Shown piece after piece: positions 1 through 9,152 of a stretch of 64,000 bases of DNA; the stretch's first letter is position 1; each line of letters opens with the position of its first letter. Both the position numbers and the translations under genes were made by a program. The DNA lies in contig JAHPZE010000004.1 of assembly GCA_019058365.1 (NCBI GenBank), forward strand, positions 128,001 through 192,000, in the 5' to 3' direction. The DNA comes from Promethearchaeota archaeon. Lineage in GTDB: Archaea > Asgardarchaeota > Lokiarchaeia > Sigyniarchaeales > SOKP01. Below the pieces are notes generated by a model. That model searched no databases and was not told the origin of the DNA. It was given only the letters and a program-made list of their open reading frames with translations.

Positions 1-218
1 ATTCCCCCATTATTATTTGATAAACTTAAATTTCTTGCTCCTAAAGCTAACCATGTCTTATGATCTATAAGTTCTATACCCGTAGGATCAGGACAACAAC
101 TAAATCCCTCAACATCATTTAATGAAATCCCAAGTTTTTCAAATACTTTCCTTGATGATGCTTCTAAAAATGGTAATCTTGCAGGAATCACACAACCGAG
201 AAAAAGATCATAACTCAT
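1..218 (-). CDS. hdrB: Heterodisulfide reductase subunit B-like (CCG domain), 5' part; runs off window
   Basis: Manual translation MSYDLFLGCVIPARLPFLEASSRKVFEKLGISLNDVEGFSCCPDPTG matches the HdrB N-terminus (FxGC...CCP); directly downstream of hdrC. Confidence 0.85.
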   Translation of the reverse strand, partial: MSYDLFLGCVIPARLPFLEASSRKVFEKLGISLNDVEGFSCCPDPTGIELIDHKTWLALGARNLSLSNNNGG

Positions 219-221
219 TTT

Positions 222-740
222 TTATACCCCCTCCTTAGGAATATGGTTTTCAAAATTAGTAGCTTTTAAAATTTTCTTTATTTCATCAGAGGATGCTGTT
301 TTTATTGAAGGAAGTCCTAATTTTTCTCTTCTCGTTATAATTGCCTTAGAATAGGGAATTGCTACTCCATTTTCTAAAACTGCTCTCCCCTGTGAAATAA
401 ATGCTTCAGGAACATTGCCAGTCTTGAAACACTTATTTTTTATTAATGTAAAAATTTCAGTAAGCTCAACCTTTTGAGGACATAGCTCAACACATGTCTG
501 GCAGGTTGAACAAAGCCAAGGATTAGGATCTTGCTTTTTTATCAACTTATCTTGCAACCCTAAAATCGCTTCTTCTATAATCTTTCTAGGATTATAACCA
601 CCTTGAGTTATCAGAGCTACGGGGCAACCACCACTACACGTACTACACTGATAGCAGTAGCTTAAAGAAGCATTATGTTTCAATACCTCATTTCGAAACT
701 CAAAATTTATTACAGACATGTCGAAAAGTTTTTTTATCAA
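222..740 (-). CDS. hdrC: Heterodisulfide reductase subunit C-like, 2x[4Fe-4S]
   Basis: CYQCSTCSGGCP and WLCSTCQTCVELCPQ motifs; adjacent to hdrB. Confidence 0.85.
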   Translation of the reverse strand: MIKKLFDMSVINFEFRNEVLKHNASLSYCYQCSTCSGGCPVALITQGGYNPRKIIEEAILGLQDKLIKKQDPNPWLCSTCQTCVELCPQKVELTEIFTLIKNKCFKTGNVPEAFISQGRAVLENGVAIPYSKAIITRREKLGLPSIKTASSDEIKKILKATNFENHIPKEGV

Positions 741-935
741 TCTACTAGATGGTTAGAAAAATAATAGAGATTTAATAAATTTTTTAGAAAATTTCAATAA
801 CTAAATGCTTTAAATTTGTTTTATATTATCAAAATCACACTTTAATAATATAATTACAACCATAATAATATGCTTCTCGTGTATTTCTTTTAATGTCAGT
901 AAAATAATCCTCAATATTTTATCGGAAAAATAAAA

Positions 936-1188
936 GATCTATAGATCCAATGATCAAGAGTGATCAAAAACCAATCTAAAATTCTCTCTCTTTAGAATAA
1001 ATTTTTTGCGTTCCATTATAATAATCATTTTGATCGAGATCGTTGTTTTTTATGTACACTTTTCGAAAATGTTAATGATTATCCTAATCACATGATCAAA
1101 ATCTGCATCAATGTGTTAAAAACGGCACTACATGATCTAATTTTTGCGAAACTATCATTATTAAAACATAAAACGACGGAAAACGATC
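936..1188. promoter_or_regulatory. GATC-dense intergenic region (9 GATC sites in 253 bp) between divergent genes
   Basis: GATC at 936, 944, 952, 962, 1032, 1038, 1094, 1134, 1185. Confidence 0.45.
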
Positions 1189-1285
1189 AAGTTTAAATAT
1201 GAAAAGTGATATTATTATTTTAGTAATAAAATATAATTGTTAAAACAAGAAATTTTATAAAAAATTAATAGATTGTTTATAAGAA

Positions 1286-1555
1286 GTGATGCAAAAAATG
1301 TGTAATAATTGTAATTGTGAAGCATATGACCAATGTTCCATTGTTGGTTATATGCCAGTTGGATTCTGCTGTACCAAATGCTATCTTTACAACGAGCAAC
1401 ATACATGTTTAGAATCGAGGTCAAAGGGAAAAGCTTCTAAGGTTGAGCCTGTGAGCGCCAAAATCGAGGATGGTGTTTTGAAAGTTGTCGTTATGAAGGA
1501 TAAAAAAGAAGTTCCTTTAGTGATTGACTTAGATAAACAATTTGGTTCTGAATAG
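1286..1555 (+). CDS. Small Cys-rich putative metal-binding protein
   Basis: CNNCNC..C..CCTKC..HTC N-terminus; C-terminal SAKIEDGVLKVVV. Confidence 0.7.
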   Translation: MMQKMCNNCNCEAYDQCSIVGYMPVGFCCTKCYLYNEQHTCLESRSKGKASKVEPVSAKIEDGVLKVVVMKDKKEVPLVIDLDKQFGSE

Positions 1556-1618
1556 AAATTTTGTAATTCATTTAATTTACTTTTTGTTACATCCTGGCAT
1601 TCTGAGAAATAGGAAAAA

Positions 1619-1699
1619 GGTCAGCTCTCTGATACCTCCTTGAAGAAGGGTTGAACAGTGATTGAGGTGAGTATTCAACGGAAAGGGTCAGGGAACTGG
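1619..1699 (+). ncRNA. Structured ~80-nt repeat element, copy 1 (candidate ncRNA / integration target)
   Basis: About 85% identical to copies 2 and 3; closing stem CAGCTCTCTGAT/GTCAGGGAACTG; internal hairpins CCTT-GAAG-AAGG and GTTGAA..TTCAAC. Confidence 0.6.
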
Positions 1700-2020
1700 T
1701 GGTAGAATTGTGTGTTCAAGTAATTCGGATTTATAAGAGAACCTTTTACCCTCAATAAGAAATTTGGAAATATGTAATTGATTCTATTGAAAAGAAAAAA
1801 AAATGAAAAATTTAGCTTTTTTGATCTGTTTGTGTTGATTTTTACTTGATTGAAAATTATATAGACAATTGCTTAATATTTAGGACAGATTTTTTCAAAA
1901 TTGCTATTATCAAATTATCTTTATCTAAAGATCCTTAGCCCTTTTAGAGATTCTTGTTAATATAAAGATTTTAAAAACTCTTTGAGTGATTAAATTTATA
2001 TATAATAAGGTTATATAAAT

Positions 2021-2490
2021 ATGTTAGAGATCATAGCTAAAAATTCAGAAAAATTTACAAAAGATTATGGGAAAAGGATTTTTGCAAAAGATGAGGGAAT
2101 TGAAGTTGATTTACAAATTAATAATTTAGCTGACTTCAAGTAGCCTTCAAATTTGAAATGGTGGCATCCTCTAGCCCCAATATAAAAAAAATCGAAAATC
2201 TTGAAACTCTAACAAATTTAGAATATTTAAGACTTAATAGGGGAAGAATCTCAAAAATTGAGAATCTGGAAAATCTTACGAACTTGAAGTTCTTGGATCT
2301 TAGCATCAACATTATCTCTGAAATTGGAGGGTCGGAAAGTCTCAAGAACTTAAAAGTTTTACGATTTGGGAACTCATTTGAGTTAAGTGGAGAAAATGTT
2401 ATTAAAGAAATTGAAGGAGCATGATAAAAGATCCTAAGATTTCTTTTTCCTAACAAAGTAAATCTCTCTATCATTAACGTTTTTAATATC
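2021..2490 (+). pseudogene. Degraded leucine-rich-repeat protein (paralog of 5574..6362)
   Basis: ATG at 2021, in-frame TAG near 2140, frameshift into LRR ORF 2158..2424 (IENLETLTNLEYLRLNRGRISKIENLENL), premature stop; 3' boundary approximate. Confidence 0.7.
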
Positions 2491-2512
2491 AACAATGACT
2501 ATTTATATTCGA

Positions 2513-3004
2513 TTATGCCCTCTCTCTGTCTTTTTTTTCTACACTCAATTTAAAAATTTTACCTAATTTATAATCAAGGTAAAGATTCCTTCTTCTCAGT
2601 TCTTCACTGTTAGCGAATATTATCTTATCGAGAGATTCTTGACTTAGATTTAGGAGTTGTTTTAATTTTTCTTCTGTTATTTCTGATACTGTTTTAAAAA
2701 TCTCATACATATTATCAATAGCTTCTTTCTCAAAGTTATTCAGATCTCTTAAAAATTTAACGTCTTTTAATTCAGCAATTAATTGCCTTCTTATCCCCTC
2801 AATATCAATATTTAACTTTTCTTTAATCTTTTCTGAATTTTTATTAATGTACCTCTTAATGATTTTGTTAGCATAATAGCTTAATGAAACATCTTTTCTA
2901 TCACATATTTTTTTCAAAAGAATATATTCAATTTCATCCATTCTCACACTTAATACCTTTTTCTCCCTTACTTTTTCATCGTCATCCTGACTCATATTAC
3001 TCAT
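2513..3004 (-). CDS. Putative ribbon-helix-helix (CopG/Arc-like) DNA-binding protein
   Basis: N-terminal KKVLSVRMDEIEYILLKKICDRKDVSLSYYANKIIKRYI fits the beta-alpha-alpha RHH pattern. Confidence 0.55.
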   Translation of the reverse strand: MSNMSQDDDEKVREKKVLSVRMDEIEYILLKKICDRKDVSLSYYANKIIKRYINKNSEKIKEKLNIDIEGIRRQLIAELKDVKFLRDLNNFEKEAIDNMYEIFKTVSEITEEKLKQLLNLSQESLDKIIFANSEELRRRNLYLDYKLGKIFKLSVEKKDRERA

Positions 3005-3401
3005 TATGGAGATCTTTTAAAATTAGTAATTTAATTTGAAAGTCATAATATTTCATTAATTATATTATAATCATTTTGAATTAATTATTTATATTTAACG
3101 AATCATTTTGCATCAAACTTTTATAATTCTGTTAGCTTTAATTATTTAAATAAAAAAGAAATTAAATTAGTTAATAATTCGTTAAATTACAGGGTATTAA
3201 AACAGAATTTATAAATACTATAGATTTTTATATTAAGCTTTCTCAATTTCAATCGAATATAAAAAAACATATTAGAAATAAAACTGTCGGAACAATAAAG
3301 CTAAAAAATTATGAATAATTTTAAATAATTAGTACATTATTTAGAACTAAAAGAGTCTATGGGTATTTATTATAAATATTACTAAAAAAACGGTTTAGGT
3401 C

Positions 3402-4094
3402 ATGTTAAAAAGAATGAGAATACCTGAAGATGATTTAAAAATATTAGAAAAATTTGTTCAACTACCATCTGAGCAACAAGATTTCATTTTACAAGAACTT
3501 ACGGAAATTTCTCCAACAACTCCATTAAATATTATTGAAAAAAGAATCTCAAATAAATCGGACTACAAATTTGAAGATATCCATGAATTCTTTAAATTTT
3601 TAATCAACTTCTACATAAACTTCTTCTATTTTAAAGACTCAATTGATAATTTTAATGAGGAAGTTATTATACCTTCAATCATTCTACACAAATCAAAATT
3701 GAAATTAGCAGAACAAGATTATGAAAATATTAAATTAGTATCAGCAAAAATTTTAAGTTTAGATAAAAATATAGGGATAATATCAAAAATACCATATTTA
3801 TCTGAGGAAAATCCAAATAACTATATGAAATCTCATATTATTACGGATTTAAGATATATTTTTTATAACGATCCTAGTGAAATTCCAGATTATGCATTGA
3901 TAAAACATACTTTTAAGATTGATTATATTAAATCAAGAAAAATAGAAGAAGCATTTTATACTTTAAATTTAAATGATATAATTGAATTGAAAAAAAATAT
4001 TGAAAGAGCGATTGAAAAAGAAGGCTCGTTAAAAGAATTATGTAAAAAAAATAAAATAAATTTATTAAAAGAGGAGGATGTCAATGGATTATAA
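3402..4094 (+). CDS. Hypothetical protein, possibly prokaryotic COMMD-like (helical N-domain + COMM-like C-domain)
   Basis: C-terminal ITDLRYIF..LIKHTFKIDY..EAFYTLNLNDIIELKKNIERAIEK: three strands followed by a long helix. Confidence 0.45.
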   Translation: MLKRMRIPEDDLKILEKFVQLPSEQQDFILQELTEISPTTPLNIIEKRISNKSDYKFEDIHEFFKFLINFYINFFYFKDSIDNFNEEVIIPSIILHKSKLKLAEQDYENIKLVSAKILSLDKNIGIISKIPYLSEENPNNYMKSHIITDLRYIFYNDPSEIPDYALIKHTFKIDYIKSRKIEEAFYTLNLNDIIELKKNIERAIEKEGSLKELCKKNKINLLKEEDVNGL

Positions 4095-4497
4095 AACTAT
4101 CAATGAATCTATCTATAATTTAAAAGATTTAAGAATAGGAACTTTAGATATTTGGAGATCAATTTCCGAAACTAATAGAAATATCAAACATACAACAAGT
4201 GAAATACTAACATGTAAAAGTTATAAAAATTCAGAATCAATAAACGAAAAAGTAGATGTTAATAAAAAAGAAAATGATGATTCAAACCAAGATTTTCCAA
4301 TTCTGAAACCAGATAATCAAGAGCTCGTTAAAAGATATGCTGGAAAATATATTGGAATCATCGAAAATAAACTTGTTGCTGTCGATACAAATATCCGTAA
4401 ATTAAAAGAAAAGGCAAAAAAGGTAATGAAAAAAGGTCAACGATGTTATATTGAATATATTGATGATGGTGTTTCAATATATGGACTTGGTATTTAG
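4078..4497 (+). CDS. DUF5678-like protein
   Basis: C-terminal NQELVKRYAGKYIGIIENKLVAVDTNIRKL pattern; upstream of a retropepsin, the usual context for this family. Confidence 0.6.
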   Translation: MSMDYKTINESIYNLKDLRIGTLDIWRSISETNRNIKHTTSEILTCKSYKNSESINEKVDVNKKENDDSNQDFPILKPDNQELVKRYAGKYIGIIENKLVAVDTNIRKLKEKAKKVMKKGQRCYIEYIDDGVSIYGLGI

Positions 4498-4957
4498 ACA
4501 AGAAGAAGCAATAATAAAAGAAGATCGTTTTAAAGATGTAACACCCCAAAAAAGGAAAGAATTTGGGAATTCATCTAAGTATAGAATTAATTTAATTTTT
4601 AAGAAAAATTCAGATTGGGAAGAAGAATTTCCTGTTAAATTTAAATTTGACACAGGAGCTTTTCTTTCTTTTGCTCCAAAGAAACTAATGGAAGATTTTA
4701 GTATCCCAACAGAATTTAGTATGGAAGTTACAGGTATACATCCTGAAAAAAAATGTCGTGTTTTAGTTAAAATCGGAAAAATGCTGTTTAAAATATTAGA
4801 TGATAATGAATTAGAATCCGATGAATTTGAAGCATGGTTTGCATTTCACCCTTTTGAAAAAGGAATGCATTTACTTGGAATGAAAAGTATTATTGAAGAA
4901 ATCGAGTTTCATCAAGATCCTAAAAGAAAAATTTTAATCTTAAAAACAGTTCAATGA
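4481..4957 (+). CDS. Retropepsin-like (clan AA) aspartic protease
   Basis: FDTGAFLS catalytic motif and C-terminal LLGM; ATG at 4481 preferred over the TTG at 4451. Confidence 0.75.
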   Translation: MDLVFRQEEAIIKEDRFKDVTPQKRKEFGNSSKYRINLIFKKNSDWEEEFPVKFKFDTGAFLSFAPKKLMEDFSIPTEFSMEVTGIHPEKKCRVLVKIGKMLFKILDDNELESDEFEAWFAFHPFEKGMHLLGMKSIIEEIEFHQDPKRKILILKTVQ

Positions 4958-4972
4958 ATTTTTGAAGATTAA

Positions 4973-5406
4973 ATGATCTAATTAAAGACAAAAGATAAAG
5001 GAAATAACGTAATTTATATTTCAATAAGTCGAGATATTTTTATCTTAAGTATTTCATTTTCAATCATATTTCTCATTTTAGAGTTTGTTAAAGATTTATT
5101 TGATGTCGCTTTTATTAATCTAAATTTCACTCCTTTAATTGTAGGAGGTTCAGTAATCAATTTATCCATAATATTAATTTTTATTCTAATAAAAGGAAAT
5201 AAAATGAATGGTTAAAATCCGAAGAGAGACGATTAGAAACTTGGATATTTTTCTTATTAGCTATTTTGGTTGAATCCATATTAAATATAATTTTAACAAC
5301 TGTTAATATAATATTATCATTTTCTTTCGGGAAATTAATCAAATTTCTTATACTAATTTCAATCATAGTATTATCTGCATTTTATTTTAAAAAAAATGAT
5401 ATTTAA
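4973..5406 (+). pseudogene. Disrupted ~4-TM membrane protein, fourth gene of the protease operon
   Basis: ATG ATC TAA, then an open hydrophobic frame (..DIFILSISFSIIFLILEF..LIVGGSVINLSIILIFILIK), frameshift near 5205, then ..WIFFLLAILVESILNIIL..FLILISIIVLSAFYFKKNDI*. Confidence 0.5.
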
Positions 5407-5573
5407 AGGAAAAAAAAATAAAATCAAGGAATTTTTTCACATTTATTTAATTTTACTAGCTCCTTGGATTATTGAGATTGGAGTAATTTCCGATTTTTCT
5501 CACTTTTAGAAAATCTCTAAGTTTTTGGGGCACTTAAATTTAAATATGAAGGTTTTATATAGATATCTTTGGA

Positions 5574-6362
5574 ATGATGGATGAAAATTCAAAAGAATAT
5601 GTTGTTAATCGAGGAAAGAAATATTATGTTGAGGATAATAGGTTAGACCTAACTAGTAAGACAGATATTGTACTTTCTGAGGTGGAAGGGCTCGAAGATT
5701 TAGTAAATCTGGAGGTGTTATCTCTCAAGGAGAATAGCATTCATGAGATTGAGAATCTTGAAAACCTTACGAGCTTAAAGGCTTTAGATCTCAGCATGAA
5801 CTACATTACTGAGATTGAAGGTCTTGAAAGATTAACGAAATTAACAAGTTTATTATTTGGTGATGGGGATGAAGGTGGCAATCCTATATCAGAGATTAGA
5901 GGACTTGATACGCTAACGAGTTTACGATATCTATACTTCGATTCTAACGAAATATCAGAGATCAAAGGGCTCGAAAATCTTAAGAGTTTGGAGTTCTTAA
6001 GTTTATTTGATAATAAAACTTTAGAGCTTAAAGGTCTTGAAAATTTAACAAACTTAAAGAAATTAATTCTAAGCAATAATAAGATTACGAAGATGCAAGG
6101 GCTAGAGACTCTTGGAAAATTAGAATATTTGGATCTATCATATAATAATATAGTAGAGATTAAAGAACTTGAAAATCTAATGAATCTAAAAGAATTGGAT
6201 TTGAGTTATAATAAAATTTCAGAAATTAAAAGGATAGAGCATCTAGTGAATTTAGAGAGATTTAGCATTTATGATAATCCGATTAGGAGGATCTCAGGGA
6301 TTGATTCTCTAAAAGGGCTAAGAATCTTTGGAATAGATAAGCTTTTACAGGACGACCAATAA
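5574..6362 (+). CDS. Leucine-rich repeat protein (SDS22/internalin-like)
   Basis: About nine 22-aa repeats LxxLxxLxLxxNxIxxIxGL. Confidence 0.9.
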   Translation: MMDENSKEYVVNRGKKYYVEDNRLDLTSKTDIVLSEVEGLEDLVNLEVLSLKENSIHEIENLENLTSLKALDLSMNYITEIEGLERLTKLTSLLFGDGDEGGNPISEIRGLDTLTSLRYLYFDSNEISEIKGLENLKSLEFLSLFDNKTLELKGLENLTNLKKLILSNNKITKMQGLETLGKLEYLDLSYNNIVEIKELENLMNLKELDLSYNKISEIKRIEHLVNLERFSIYDNPIRRISGIDSLKGLRIFGIDKLLQDDQ

Positions 6363-6437
6363 AGATTAACGAATAATTTATTTAAGTGATCGTAAAAACC
6401 ATAATTAAAAGAATTTTATATGAAATTATTTATTATA

Positions 6438-7733
6438 TTAATGGAAAATATGTTCAAGTATCATTCTAAGATTTTCTATCTCTTTTATAAGCAATTCTTC
6501 TTTTGGTATTAATTTATAATTATGTGTTCCAATATCTCCCAAAGAGATCAACCTTTTTGCTTGTTGCATAAAAGTTTTATTAATAAAGTTAAGATCTTGT
6601 GCTATTTTTGGTATCTCTTTGAGACGTTTATATTCACCCTCCTCATTCTTATATTTATCTAATTTGTGTTCCTGTTCTGCCTTAAGATAAAATGCAGCTT
6701 CAATGATTTTTCGCATTAGAATTTGTGTCGCAACCTTACAATCATGATTATATACAGTTTCAAGTTCATAAATTAGGTTTTTTATATCTTTTGGCATCTT
6801 TTTTTTATCTGAATCATCAAAAAAATATATAAAATCTCCGGGATATTTTTGAGGTTTCTTAATTTCTTTATATAAATCAGAATCTAATCTTAAATCTAAC
6901 TCGAAAATAGAGAGATTTAACATTATTTGCAAAAAAATAAATAGCTGTTCAATTGATTTGCGATCATACTTTAACCAACTTCTTAAAAAATTAGAAATTG
7001 CAATTTTCCCGAGTTTATATAATTTATTTTCCTCAATATTAAATCTTTTTAATAAATCTATATTAAATGTGATTACTTCAAGTGTTTCCAAATCATCAAT
7101 CCTTTTTTCGATTAATCTCTCTAAGATTAAAGTTAACCTATTACTTTCATCTTTGAAATACTTGATATCATCATATAAGTCTGATAGAATGAGTTTTATC
7201 AATAAATAATGAAGAGTTTGTATAAATTCAGAATTTGAAAAATTTTCAAGGATATTGGCTTTTTTTAATTCTTTATTACATCGATCATTTAGTTTAAGAA
7301 TCATTAATCTATCCTTCTCAAGCTCCATCTCCTTAATTTGATATACTAAAAAGACGTATTTTAAATAAATAATACTATTAAAATCATGTTCACTAAAAAT
7401 TATATCAATTAAATCCATTAACATTGAAAACAAATCAGAGGAATTAATTGTTTCATATTTGTTTAAATATCTTAAGCAATCTAGTCTATGATTTAAATCA
7501 TCTTCTAGATGCGTTTTAAAAGGTTGTTTCAACGAAGATGTTAAGGATTCAACTAAATCTGTATCTTTAAAGTTCTGACCAATTATGTGATGCTTATCTA
7601 CGTTTTTTATTATAGAATATAGAAATGGATTCTCTAAAAAAATAGAAGTTTCATTAATTTTCGTGACAATATCTATATCATTTAGTAGATCTAACAAAGA
7701 AACATCAATATTATCAATTCTAATTCTGTACAT
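6438..7733 (-). CDS. Argonaute-associated putative effector: helical N-region + C-terminal DUF4145/HEPN-like domain
   Basis: ELETVYNHDCKVATQILMRKIIE...AKRLISLGDIGTH resembles DUF4145; ATG at 7733 overlaps the Ago stop (TAATG). Confidence 0.65.
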   Translation of the reverse strand: MYRIRIDNIDVSLLDLLNDIDIVTKINETSIFLENPFLYSIIKNVDKHHIIGQNFKDTDLVESLTSSLKQPFKTHLEDDLNHRLDCLRYLNKYETINSSDLFSMLMDLIDIIFSEHDFNSIIYLKYVFLVYQIKEMELEKDRLMILKLNDRCNKELKKANILENFSNSEFIQTLHYLLIKLILSDLYDDIKYFKDESNRLTLILERLIEKRIDDLETLEVITFNIDLLKRFNIEENKLYKLGKIAISNFLRSWLKYDRKSIEQLFIFLQIMLNLSIFELDLRLDSDLYKEIKKPQKYPGDFIYFFDDSDKKKMPKDIKNLIYELETVYNHDCKVATQILMRKIIEAAFYLKAEQEHKLDKYKNEEGEYKRLKEIPKIAQDLNFINKTFMQQAKRLISLGDIGTHNYKLIPKEELLIKEIENLRMILEHIFH

Positions 7734-9148
7734 TATAAAAACCAAGGTGTATTTTTCAAATTATCATGAGGTTTTATTTCATACTTACTGAATTTTGCTA
7801 TTTGATGGGCAAATATTAAAGATGCTGGTAACCGAAGTTCATTATGAGTAACTGTTTGATAGTGAAGTCCTGTTAGTGTAAATATATCTTGGCAAGCATC
7901 ATAAAAAGACCTATAACAATCCTTATTTATTCTCATATTTATTAATAAAGGGCGAGGAGTGCCCATTTCATGAGGTTTAGATCTGATTTTTCTTGCTCTT
8001 GCATAATTATAATCTCCAGTTGTACATAGATATCCAAAAACTTCACTTAATTGAGAACAAATACCTCTGTCTATATTTTTATTCATTTTATCTAAATTAA
8101 AAGATCTTAGAATGTTTTTATCGAATATCTCCACTAAACAATAATTCCTTATACTTGTATCTTTAAATTCCTTCTCAAATCCCGCAAGTTCTTCTTTTCC
8201 AAATACTCCTAATTTTTGAATTGTTAATTTTTCTATTGGATTTGAACTCCTTTCTTGATGTGAGAATAATGTCTCATGGATGATTTTGCGAATTATGATA
8301 TTAGGTACAAATAATCCTGAAGTAGTCATTTTAAAATCATCTTTATGGAGTTCTAATTCCATATCAAAATAAGTATTTGAATAATAACCCATAAACCTTC
8401 CAATATTGTTGAATATTGAAACAAAACCAGTGGTATACCCTCTTTCTTCATTTCTAGAAAATCTAATAGCAAGTGTAATATCTACATTGTGAGGGTTTTT
8501 TAGTAACCAGGGAATACCACCTGCTTTAGAATAAATCGAAATGCAAATGTTCCATAAAATATAAGGCAAACCTTTAGAATCACTAATCTTTGTTAAGACA
8601 CCCCCATAAGTATCTCCTTGATAAAGTGAGAGATATTGTATAGGATAACCCATTTTGAGACAAAGTCTTTTTAGTTTATAATAATTATTAGTATTTCTTA
8701 TTGCTCTATAGTCTTTTCCTACTGCTAATACAACATATTTTGTGTTTACAGGCTGTTTTTCTACTGGATAAATACTTGCTAATTCATTAATTATAATATC
8801 TTCTCTACCATTTTCATAGATAATTACATCTTTCTTATCTTTAGGGATATCCAATTCATCTAATTTGAAAAATGTCTTTAATCCATGAAAATATGTTCCA
8901 TATCCATTTTTTATATAATTGAGTAATTTTAGTGAATTATCTATCGCAGATTCATCTTTCAAGCAGATAAGAATTAATTTTAATTTATCAAATAATCTAA
9001 TTTTAGCGTTAAAATCATATGGGCCAAAATTTTGAATTCCTTCCATAGCGTCATTTATTTTTTCTCGTTGACCTGTTTGAAATAAAAGATTTGGTTCAAG
9101 AAATTTAACAATTTTTTTTGATTTTAAATAACTCGTTTGAATTTGCAT
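7733..9148 (-). CDS. ago: Short/pseudo-short prokaryotic Argonaute (MID-PIWI), catalytically inactive
   Basis: EPNLLF..GPYD start, MID pocket YYKLK..GYPIQYL..N..IYSKAGGIPW, GTPRPL, LTGLHY..LPASL, C-terminal PWFL; tetrad positions read LAIRFS and QKLG. Confidence 0.9.
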   Translation of the reverse strand: MQIQTSYLKSKKIVKFLEPNLLFQTGQREKINDAMEGIQNFGPYDFNAKIRLFDKLKLILICLKDESAIDNSLKLLNYIKNGYGTYFHGLKTFFKLDELDIPKDKKDVIIYENGREDIIINELASIYPVEKQPVNTKYVVLAVGKDYRAIRNTNNYYKLKRLCLKMGYPIQYLSLYQGDTYGGVLTKISDSKGLPYILWNICISIYSKAGGIPWLLKNPHNVDITLAIRFSRNEERGYTTGFVSIFNNIGRFMGYYSNTYFDMELELHKDDFKMTTSGLFVPNIIIRKIIHETLFSHQERSSNPIEKLTIQKLGVFGKEELAGFEKEFKDTSIRNYCLVEIFDKNILRSFNLDKMNKNIDRGICSQLSEVFGYLCTTGDYNYARARKIRSKPHEMGTPRPLLINMRINKDCYRSFYDACQDIFTLTGLHYQTVTHNELRLPASLIFAHQIAKFSKYEIKPHDNLKNTPWFL

Positions 9149-9152
9149 TGTA

